Below, in pieces: positions 24,518-31,639 of a DNA stretch of 32,000 bases. The translations under genes and the position numbers were made by a program. Where the stretch lies: assembly GCF_000155895.1 (NCBI RefSeq), contig NZ_DS995298.1, forward strand, positions 1,230,001-1,262,000, in the 5' to 3' direction. Numbering within the stretch: the stretch's first letter is position 1; every line of letters starts with the position of its first letter. The stretch comes from Candidatus Pelagibacter sp. HTCC7211 (lineage in GTDB: Bacteria > Pseudomonadota > Alphaproteobacteria > Pelagibacterales > Pelagibacteraceae). The notes below the pieces were generated by a model that worked only from the letters and a program-made list of their open reading frames with translations, was not told the DNA's origin and searched no databases.

Positions 24518-25741
24518 ATGCATAAATCTTTAAGAAATATTAGGTTTTCAATCAAGCCGCAGCAAGAAGAAAGTGGCCGACCTGTTGAACTAGCAAGAAC
24601 CATGAGTATTCATCCTTTGACTTATCAAGAGCTACCTTATGACCCAGAATACTCTCATTATGCTGGTCGACTAACGACTGAAAAATTATCAAATGCTACA
24701 CCGGATGAACAATATTGGAAAACAAAAAGAGAAATTATTCTTCGACATACAGGAGAACATCCTTATGAAATTTCAGGTCCTGATGCTCTTAAATTATTAC
24801 AAAGAATTTTTCCAAGAGATATTTCAAAAGTTAAAAAAGGAAGATGCTCTTATCAGTTCGCTTGTTATCATGATGGTGGAATAATCACCGATGGTTTACT
24901 TTTAAGAATTGATGAAAATTGTTATTGGTTCGCTCAAGCAGATGGGGACATGCTTTCATGGTATAAAGCTAATTCAGAAGGACTTGATGTTGAAATAAAA
25001 GAACCAAATGTATTTGTAAGTCAAATTCAAGGACCTAAATCGATGGAACTTCTTGATCAATTAATTGATGAACCCATAGCAAATACATGGAAATATTTTG
25101 ATTGGGTTGAAATTACAATGGCAAATGAAAAAGTAATAATTAGTCGAACTGGATTTACGAATGAACTAGGATGGGAAATTTATTTTAGACCTGAGAATGA
25201 TGCAGAAAAATTAGGTAATCTTATTCTAGAAAATGGAAAAAAAATGGGAATGATAATTACTGCAACGCCATCTTTTAGAGGTAGAAGAATTGAAGCTGGA
25301 CTTTTATCTGCAGGACAGGATTTTTCAAATGAAACTAATCCTTTTTCAGTAGGACTTGGTCGTTTTGTTGATTTAAAAAAAGATAACTTTATAGGCAAAA
25401 AGGCATTGTTAAATGCAGATAAGGAATGCCGAAGCTGGGGTATTAGAGTTGTTGATGGAATAGCAAAAAAAGGAAGATATATAAAAATAAATAATCAATC
25501 TATTGGAAAAATAACATCAAGCACATGGTCTCCTTACCAAGTTTGTGGGGTTGGAATTGTACTATTAGATAAATCAGACATTAGACCCGGAACAGTAGTA
25601 GATGTTGAATGTACTGATGAAAAAATTCATAAAGCTGAACTTTGTAAATTACCTATGTATGATCCGAAAGGTGAAATAGTAAGAGGTATAAATAAAAAGA
25701 TACCCACAAAAGCTGAACCGTGGTCAGGAATTAAAAACTAA
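24518..25741 (+). CDS. GcvT-family (aminomethyltransferase fold) THF-dependent enzyme, paralogue of unknown substrate
   Basis: Blocks EISGPDALKLLQ, IQGPKSMELL, ELGWEIYF, RIEAGLLSAGQDF and NPF..GLGRFVDL are shared with GcvT/DmdA-type proteins. The start is uncertain. ATG 24518 is preferred because the 24518-24601 stretch looks coding and less AT-rich. ATG 24602 is the alternative, and the TTG at 24455 in the ORF track is unlikely. Confidence 0.75.
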   Translation: MHKSLRNIRFSIKPQQEESGRPVELARTMSIHPLTYQELPYDPEYSHYAGRLTTEKLSNATPDEQYWKTKREIILRHTGEHPYEISGPDALKLLQRIFPRDISKVKKGRCSYQFACYHDGGIITDGLLLRIDENCYWFAQADGDMLSWYKANSEGLDVEIKEPNVFVSQIQGPKSMELLDQLIDEPIANTWKYFDWVEITMANEKVIISRTGFTNELGWEIYFRPENDAEKLGNLILENGKKMGMIITATPSFRGRRIEAGLLSAGQDFSNETNPFSVGLGRFVDLKKDNFIGKKALLNADKECRSWGIRVVDGIAKKGRYIKINNQSIGKITSSTWSPYQVCGVGIVLLDKSDIRPGTVVDVECTDEKIHKAELCKLPMYDPKGEIVRGINKKIPTKAEPWSGIKN

Positions 25742-26466
25742 TCAATTTTAGGAATACTTAATTTATCCTGAACTTTATGTTTTTTTAATAATTGTTCTAT
25801 GTAGCCTTCTTTAATAAGGTTTAAAATAAACTCATTTAAAAATTCTAATATTTCAGGGTTACCTTTCTTGATTCCAATAGATTGTTTTATGTAAGTAAAT
25901 GGATTTGTAATCATTTTAAAATCATTGTTAGTTTTTATTTCATCCACAAGTTTAGATTTTAATCCAGCTAGTACGTCAACATTATTATTTCTAAATAAAT
26001 TATGTGATTCTTCTATTGATGATGCTCTAACTAATTCAGCATTTTTGAAATTATCAGTAAGCCATAAATCATACGCGCTTCGCTCAAAAACAGCTATTTT
26101 AATACCTGGTGTATCTACCTCTTCATTACTTTTAAAATTACTTTGACTTCTAAATATAAAATTAGCATCAATATTTATATAAGGATCACTAAAATCTATT
26201 GTTTTACCTCTCTCCTTCTCATAAGCTATATTACCAATATCCCACTTATCATCATTTACAGCATCAGCTAGTAAACCTGGATTTGGAAATTTAATTAATT
26301 CACAACTTAAATTAAGTTCTTTTGCAATTTTTTTTCCAACATCTGGAGATAATCCATCTGGTAAACCCGATGCATCTTCACTACTAACGAGTAAAAAATT
26401 GCTCATATTGAGACCAACACGCAAAACACCAGATGGGGCTATTTTTTTTGATATAAAATCATTCAT
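25738..26466 (-). CDS. Family-3 (amino-acid type) substrate-binding-protein fold protein without a signal peptide
   Basis: 242 aa. A type-2 periplasmic-binding-protein pattern (LRVG...PDGL.PDVGKKIAKELN...IDFSDPY...IAV...) starts at residue 14 or so. An in-frame TAA lies 5 codons upstream of the ATG, so no longer N-terminus is possible. Confidence 0.7.
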   Translation of the reverse strand: MNDFISKKIAPSGVLRVGLNMSNFLLVSSEDASGLPDGLSPDVGKKIAKELNLSCELIKFPNPGLLADAVNDDKWDIGNIAYEKERGKTIDFSDPYINIDANFIFRSQSNFKSNEEVDTPGIKIAVFERSAYDLWLTDNFKNAELVRASSIEESHNLFRNNNVDVLAGLKSKLVDEIKTNNDFKMITNPFTYIKQSIGIKKGNPEILEFLNEFILNLIKEGYIEQLLKKHKVQDKLSIPKID

Positions 26467-26497
26467 TAGAAATTTTATTTATAAAATACTATATATT

Positions 26498-26516
26498 AAT
26501 TCAAATTTTTTGAATT
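26498..26516. promoter_or_regulatory. Palindrome AATTCAAA-ttt-TTTGAATT in a 57-bp divergent spacer (candidate operator; weak)
   Basis: 8-bp perfect arms (26498-26505 and 26509-26516) end 8 nt upstream of the S51 gene start. The all-A/T-rich composition makes chance occurrence plausible. Confidence 0.2.
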
Positions 26517-26523
26517 TAATTAA

Positions 26524-27213
26524 ATGAGCAAAATCGAAAAAAAAATAATTGCAATAGGTGGTGTTGGGGTGACACCAGAGTCAGATGAAAGTTTAGATCA
26601 TTTTATTTTAAATCAATTAAAAAAAATAAAAAACAATATTGGTTTTTTAGGTACAGCCAGCAAAGATGATAATGAAAAAGTAGAAAAATTTTATAAAAAA
26701 TTTGATAATAGTAATTCTGAACTATCTCATTTTAATCTTACATCAAGTGTAAATGGTTTTTCAGATTGGTTACTCAGTAAAGATTTGGTTTATGTTGGAG
26801 GTGGTAATACTTCATTTATGTTAGAAATTTGGAGAAAGAATAATTTTGAACAAGTATTTAAAATTGCTTATGAGAAAGGAACAATATTGTCTGGAGTTAG
26901 TGCTGGTGCTGTTTGTTGGTTTGATTGGATATTGTCAGATTCTATGGGTCAAGGTTTTAAACCATTAAAAGGTATCAGTATATTGGAAGGTAGTTGCACA
27001 CCTCACTCGTCTAATATTGAAAGAATTAATGAATTTGAAATGAATATTAAAAATAACAAATTACCCAAAGGGATTGCTATTGATGATGGTGTGGCAGTAG
27101 TTTTTATTGACGGAAAACCAACTGAAGTTTATTCTACTGTAAATAATCAAAGCGCTTATTTTTTAGATAAAAATAAAAAAATTAATCTTAAAGAATATAT
27201 AAAGAATAAATGA
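26524..27213 (+). CDS. S51 family peptidase (peptidase E / cyanophycinase-like)
   Basis: 229 aa. VYVGGGNT and the nucleophile-elbow SGVSAGA, followed by a C-terminal PH, fit the S51 Ser-His-Glu type. The length equals that of E. coli PepE. Confidence 0.75.
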   Translation: MSKIEKKIIAIGGVGVTPESDESLDHFILNQLKKIKNNIGFLGTASKDDNEKVEKFYKKFDNSNSELSHFNLTSSVNGFSDWLLSKDLVYVGGGNTSFMLEIWRKNNFEQVFKIAYEKGTILSGVSAGAVCWFDWILSDSMGQGFKPLKGISILEGSCTPHSSNIERINEFEMNIKNNKLPKGIAIDDGVAVVFIDGKPTEVYSTVNNQSAYFLDKNKKINLKEYIKNK

Positions 27214-28364
27214 ATAATATAACTGCAAGTAAAAAAATTCATAGCATCGAAGATGCAAGGAATTTAGCAAAAAAGAGAATGCCTAGGTTGATGTTTGATT
27301 TTTTAGATGGTGCTTCAGGTGATGAGAAACTTTGTGAAATTAATAGTACAGCTTTAGATCAAATAAGACTTGAGCCAAAAGTTCTAAGAAATGTTGAAAA
27401 TAGAAATCTCAAAAAAAAATTTTTAGATATTGAGTTTGATCAGCCATTTGGTTTTTCTCCAATGGGCATGTGTAACTTAACTTGGACTGGGGCAGATAAA
27501 ATGTTAGCTAAAGAAAGTGTTGTTAACAATATACCTCCGTGTGTATCAATGGCATCATCAACATCTTTAGAAGATATGTATGAATTATCAGAAGGTCGTT
27601 CTTGGATGCAATTGTACAATTTTCAGGAAAATTTTGTAATGGAACTTTTACAAAGAGCAGAGCAGACAGGTTACAAAGTGGCTATACTAACTGTAGACGT
27701 TCCAATTCAATTTAGAAGAGCAAAAGATAATAAAAATGGATTTACTGTGCCTTTTAAAATTGGTCCAAAACAAATGTTTGATTTTGCAACACATCCTCTT
27801 TGGTCATTAGCAACTTTATTAGGTGGTATTCCTAAGCCTATGAACTATGAAACGTCAAAAAATGGAAATAAATTTGTTAGAAGTGAAAGTAGAGGAGCAA
27901 CAGATTGGGAAACCTTAAAAAGAGTAAGAGGAGCGTGGAAAGGTAAATTAATAATTAAAGGAGTTATGTCTCCAGAAGATGCTTTAAAGATTAAAGCTGA
28001 AGGAGCTGATGCTATTCAAGTATCAAATCATGGAGGAAGACAATTAGATAGTGCTACTGCAGCAATCGAAGCGTTACCTTTAATCAGAAATGCACTGGGT
28101 AAAGAATTCCCTTTACTTTTTGATAGTGGAATAAGAGGTGGAAGTGATATCATCAGAGCTTTGGCGTTAGGAGCTGATTATGTAATGCTTGGTAGGCCAT
28201 TAATGTATGGGATTGGTGCTGATGGAGAAAAAGGATTAAGAAAAATTTTAGATATAATTAAAGATGAATTAAGTACTGCACTTGGTTTAGTTGGTTTAAC
28301 TGATATAAACGAAGTGACTTCAGAAATAATTGCTAAAAAATTCATTCAAAATATGAAATACTAA
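27210..28364 (+). CDS. FMN-dependent alpha-hydroxy-acid oxidase/dehydrogenase (LldD / glycolate oxidase / mandelate dehydrogenase family)
   Basis: 384 aa. Motifs SNHGGRQLD, LFDSGIRGGSDIIRALALGADYVMLGRP and TVDVP are family hallmarks. It overlaps the S51 stop as ATGA. Confidence 0.9.
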   Translation: MNNITASKKIHSIEDARNLAKKRMPRLMFDFLDGASGDEKLCEINSTALDQIRLEPKVLRNVENRNLKKKFLDIEFDQPFGFSPMGMCNLTWTGADKMLAKESVVNNIPPCVSMASSTSLEDMYELSEGRSWMQLYNFQENFVMELLQRAEQTGYKVAILTVDVPIQFRRAKDNKNGFTVPFKIGPKQMFDFATHPLWSLATLLGGIPKPMNYETSKNGNKFVRSESRGATDWETLKRVRGAWKGKLIIKGVMSPEDALKIKAEGADAIQVSNHGGRQLDSATAAIEALPLIRNALGKEFPLLFDSGIRGGSDIIRALALGADYVMLGRPLMYGIGADGEKGLRKILDIIKDELSTALGLVGLTDINEVTSEIIAKKFIQNMKY

Positions 28365-28369
28365 ATACT

Positions 28370-30112
28370 ATGTCAGAGAAAAAAATTAGAGGTGGATCAT
28401 TAATAGCTAGAGCATTAAAAGATAAAGGAATTCAGCATGTTTTTACTCTGTCTGGAGGTTTTTGTAACCCTGCACTAGAAGGATTTATGGAATGCCAAAT
28501 GGAAGTAATCAATTGTCCTCATGAACAAATAGCTGGACACATAGCTGACGGACATACCAGAATTACTAGAAAACCTGCAGTTTGTCTTGTAGGCCCAGAA
28601 GGTTTTGCAAATGCTGTACCATCAATGATGGAAGCTTGGGGTGAAAGATCACCTGTAATATTTATAACTGGTTCAAGTAGTTTAAAAAGACAAGGCTCGG
28701 GTGGATTTAAAGAAATTGATGATGTTGCAATTGCTGCTCCATTAACAAAATATAGTGCGAGTATTACTGATGGTACTAGAATTCGAGAATTTGTAGATAA
28801 AGCATACAGGATTGCAACTAATGGATATCCAGGTGCAGTACATTTAAGTATGCCTGTTGATATTATGTTTTCATCTTTTTCAGAAGATGCTGGCCTTGAA
28901 GAAAGACCTTTTTCAAATAAAACAAAACCTGTTGTAAAAGCTTGGCCTGATCCAACACATTTATCAGAAATTTTAGAACTTGCATGTAAATCAAAAAAAC
29001 CAGTAATAATAGGTGGGCATGGAGTATGGTGGTCTGGCTCAGAAAAAAAATTAGAGGAAGTAGGAAATAATTTGAATATTCCAATATTTAATATTCCTTA
29101 CCATCAAAAATTACTTGGTGAAGAAGCCAATGCCTATATGGGATTAGCTGATATACATCAGTATCCACCATCAAAATTTGCATTACATGAGTCTGATTTG
29201 GTGTTGATGGTTGGAGCAAGACTAGATAATCAAATGAATTTTGGAAATCCACCTCTATTTCCAACCTCAACAAAACTTGTTTGTATTAATGGATCTCATG
29301 AAGAAATAGAACTTAATAGAGCTGCCGATTTAAATCTGTTATGTGATCCAGGTGTATTTTTTGATACTTTAAATAAACTTAATACAAATAATAAGTGGAA
29401 TTTAGGTAAAGAATGGTTTGATCTTAATAAGACTAAAAAACAAGAATGGGTTGATAAAACTTTAGAAGACTTAAGCAAAGAAACAAAACACGCTGAAACT
29501 AATGGGGGTAAAATGCATCCACTTCAATTAGCTTTGGATGTTCAAGATGCCATTGGTGAAAAAGATTGGTTAGTGATTGATGGAGGGAATACTCATTTTT
29601 GGTCTGAAATTGCAATAAATATTGCAGGATCAAAAGGAAAAAAAATAGGTGGAATTCTTCATCCCGGCACTTTTAGTATGCTAGGTGTTGGTGTGCCATT
29701 TGCGCTTTCAGCTAAAAATACGAACCCTAACTCAAATGTTATTTTAATAAGTGGGGACGGTGCTTTTTTATCTGGAGGTTTGTCAATAGAAGCTGCTTTT
29801 CAAGAAAATAAACCCATTGTAGTTGTAATTGATAACAATGGTGGTTTAGATTGTATTTCACAACAACAAGAAAGATTGTTTGAAAGTGGAAAACATTTTG
29901 CGACAGACTTTAGGGATATACCTTTTCATAAAATCTTTGAGGGTTTTGGTGGTCATGGTGAACTGGTTACAAAAAGAGAACAATTGGCTCCGGCATTAAA
30001 AAGGGCCCTTGAAAGCGGAAAAACTGCATGTATCAATGTTAAAGCTAAAGGTGTCATTAGTCCAATTGTTGCTGCTGTTAGTGATAAAAGAGATAAGGCG
30101 TCGATTGAATAA
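28370..30112 (+). CDS. Thiamine-diphosphate-dependent enzyme (acetolactate synthase / benzoylformate decarboxylase / oxalyl-CoA decarboxylase superfamily); substrate unknown
   Basis: 580 aa. It has the N-terminal PYR domain with the canonical activating Glu (PHEQIAGHIADGHTR). The ThDP-binding motif is GDGAFLSGGLSIEAAFQENKPIVVVIDNNGG. It follows the FMN-enzyme gene after 5 nt. Confidence 0.85.
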   Translation: MSEKKIRGGSLIARALKDKGIQHVFTLSGGFCNPALEGFMECQMEVINCPHEQIAGHIADGHTRITRKPAVCLVGPEGFANAVPSMMEAWGERSPVIFITGSSSLKRQGSGGFKEIDDVAIAAPLTKYSASITDGTRIREFVDKAYRIATNGYPGAVHLSMPVDIMFSSFSEDAGLEERPFSNKTKPVVKAWPDPTHLSEILELACKSKKPVIIGGHGVWWSGSEKKLEEVGNNLNIPIFNIPYHQKLLGEEANAYMGLADIHQYPPSKFALHESDLVLMVGARLDNQMNFGNPPLFPTSTKLVCINGSHEEIELNRAADLNLLCDPGVFFDTLNKLNTNNKWNLGKEWFDLNKTKKQEWVDKTLEDLSKETKHAETNGGKMHPLQLALDVQDAIGEKDWLVIDGGNTHFWSEIAINIAGSKGKKIGGILHPGTFSMLGVGVPFALSAKNTNPNSNVILISGDGAFLSGGLSIEAAFQENKPIVVVIDNNGGLDCISQQQERLFESGKHFATDFRDIPFHKIFEGFGGHGELVTKREQLAPALKRALESGKTACINVKAKGVISPIVAAVSDKRDKASIE

Positions 30113-30116
30113 ATTT

Positions 30117-30452
30117 ATGGCGACTTTATCTTCTCACCTACTTAATTCAGTAAATGGAACACATGCAAGTGGTGTTAAAGTAATTATTAATCAAATAAGC
30201 GTATCTGGAGAGAAAAAAATATTTTTTGAAACCGAAACTGATAGTGGAGGAAGAATTTTAAAAGATTTTGAACTCTCAAAAGAAGACTGTGATTGTGAAT
30301 ATGAAATGGTATGTAAAACTTCAGATTATTTTTCTGAAAAAAAAATTGTTTCTGAAATAGTTATCAAATTTAAAATGGAAGATCCTGAAAAAAAATATCA
30401 CTTGCCAATTATTATATCACCTAATAGTTACTCTATTTGGTGGTCTCAATAA
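30117..30452 (+). CDS. Transthyretin-like protein (5-hydroxyisourate hydrolase family) with an atypical C-terminus
   Basis: 111 aa from ATG 30117. MATLSSHLLNSVNGTHASGVKV, ETDSGGR and YHLPIIISPNSYS match the TTR/HIUase fold signatures. The family's C-terminal YRGS is replaced by WWSQ. The ORF-track start at 30009 would overlap the ThDP gene and is rejected. Confidence 0.75.
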   Translation: MATLSSHLLNSVNGTHASGVKVIINQISVSGEKKIFFETETDSGGRILKDFELSKEDCDCEYEMVCKTSDYFSEKKIVSEIVIKFKMEDPEKKYHLPIIISPNSYSIWWSQ

Positions 30453-30474
30453 CAACTAAAAAATAAAATTTTTT

Positions 30475-31620
30475 ATGTCAAAAAATATAAAATTAAATAT
30501 GTCTAGAAGAATAAGAAGAACTCCTTATACAAATAGAGTTGAACAACATGGAGTTTCAGATTTTACAGTAGTAAACCATATGCTTTTACCAAAAGGTTTC
30601 AAAAATACTGTTGAAGAAGATTATTTACATCTAAGTAAAGAGGTTCAGATGTGGGATGTTTCTTGTCAGAGACAAGTTCAAATTTGTGGTCCAGATGCTG
30701 CTAAACTAATTCAAAAATTAACACCTCGTTCAATAAAAGATATGACAATAGGTAAATGTTTTTATATCCCAATGCTTAACGAGAATGCTGGAATGATAAA
30801 TGATCCAGTTTTACTCAAATTAGATGATGATATGTTTTGGATATCAATTGCAGACTCTGATATTTTGTTGTGGGCCAAAGGATTGGCGTTAGGTTTAAAC
30901 TTAAATGTAGTGATTGAAGAGCCAGATGTTTATCCATTGGCAATACAAGGACCAAAATCAGAAGAATTAATGGTTTCAATATTTGGAGATGAAATTAAAA
31001 AGATTAAATTTTTTAATTTCAGAGTGATAGACTTTGAGGGGACAAAACAAATTATTGCAAGATCTGGATACAGTAAACAAGACGGTTTTGAAATTTATTT
31101 TAAAGTTCATGAAAACTATTTTGATAAAGTTGAAATGGGTGAAAAACTTTGGGATACCATTTGGGAAGCAGGTAAAAAATTTAATATTTCTCCAGGTTGT
31201 CCAAACCTAATTGACAGAATTGAAGCTGGGCTAATGTCATATGGAAACGATTTTACTGGTGAGAATAACCCTTTAGAGTGCAACCTAGAAAAGTATTGTA
31301 AAGCAGATGCTTCTCATGACTTTGTTGGCAAACAAGCTCTAACAAAAATTCAAAGTGAAGGCATAATACAAAAAATGAGGGGCATTATCTTTGATGGTGC
31401 TCCTTGTGCAGCAACTGGACAACCTTTAAAAATATTTTCAAAGGACAATAAAAGAATTGGACAAATAACATCTGGTATTTTCTCTCCTAGAATTAAAAAA
31501 AATATTGGTTTATCAATGATTTTAAAAGATTATTGGAACGTAGGTAACGAAGTCATTATTGAAACTCTTGATGGTGAAAAAAGAAATGGGACGATAACAT
31601 CTTTGCCATTTCCAGATTAA
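30475..31620 (+). CDS. dmdA: GcvT-family THF-dependent demethylase, DmdA-like (probable dimethylsulfoniopropionate demethylase)
   Basis: The N-terminal SRRIRRTPYT, the VQMWDVSCQRQVQICGPDAAKLIQKLTPR block, IADSDILLWAKG, AIQGPKSEEL, DGFEIYF and RIEAGLMSYGNDF match my recollection of the DmdA clade. This is recollection, not alignment. A thiolase gene follows, as I recall for the SAR11 dmdA neighbourhood. An alternative start is ATG 30499. Confidence 0.7.
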   Translation: MSKNIKLNMSRRIRRTPYTNRVEQHGVSDFTVVNHMLLPKGFKNTVEEDYLHLSKEVQMWDVSCQRQVQICGPDAAKLIQKLTPRSIKDMTIGKCFYIPMLNENAGMINDPVLLKLDDDMFWISIADSDILLWAKGLALGLNLNVVIEEPDVYPLAIQGPKSEELMVSIFGDEIKKIKFFNFRVIDFEGTKQIIARSGYSKQDGFEIYFKVHENYFDKVEMGEKLWDTIWEAGKKFNISPGCPNLIDRIEAGLMSYGNDFTGENNPLECNLEKYCKADASHDFVGKQALTKIQSEGIIQKMRGIIFDGAPCAATGQPLKIFSKDNKRIGQITSGIFSPRIKKNIGLSMILKDYWNVGNEVIIETLDGEKRNGTITSLPFPD

Positions 31621-31639
31621 ATAGCTATATATACCCATT

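Noticed and set aside
24362-24601. A riboswitch (glycine, SAM or THF) upstream of the GcvT paralogue
   Set aside because: I could not find the conserved cores of these classes by eye on either strand, and part of the region looks coding. This is not excluded; it needs a covariance-model scan and is listed as a check in the findings.
22978-26146. ORFs 22978-23166(-), 24693-24884(+), 25180-25398(-) and 25925-26146(+)
   Set aside because: They are alternative-frame or antisense ORFs inside the binding-protein, GcvT-like and binding-protein-like genes, with no independent support.
28863-29478. Three short minus-strand ORFs (28863-29084, 29088-29273, 29296-29478) inside the ThDP-enzyme gene
   Set aside because: They are antisense to a continuous 580-aa ThDP enzyme whose N- and C-terminal motifs are both intact. 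They are chance ORFs.
30001-30010. The GC-containing 10-bp perfect palindrome AAGGGCCCTT
   Set aside because: It lies inside the ThDP CDS, where it encodes KRAL, is a single copy, and has no partner or flanking structure. It is most likely chance.
28370-30112. Reading the ThDP enzyme as glyoxylate carboligase (with the FMN enzyme as glycolate oxidase and the TTR-like protein as part of a purine/glyoxylate module)
   Set aside because: Glyoxylate carboligase characteristically lacks the ThDP-activating glutamate, whereas this protein has the canonical HEQ. No hyi/glxR/allantoin genes are nearby. It is kept only as an alternative to be tested by phylogeny.
30009-30116. The 5' extension of the transthyretin-like ORF in the ORF track (start at 30009)
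   Set aside because: The extension overlaps the last 104 nt of the ThDP gene in another frame and encodes a non-homologous Leu/Lys-rich peptide. The TTR-family N-terminus (MATLSSHLLN...) begins exactly at ATG 30117, 4 nt after the ThDP stop.
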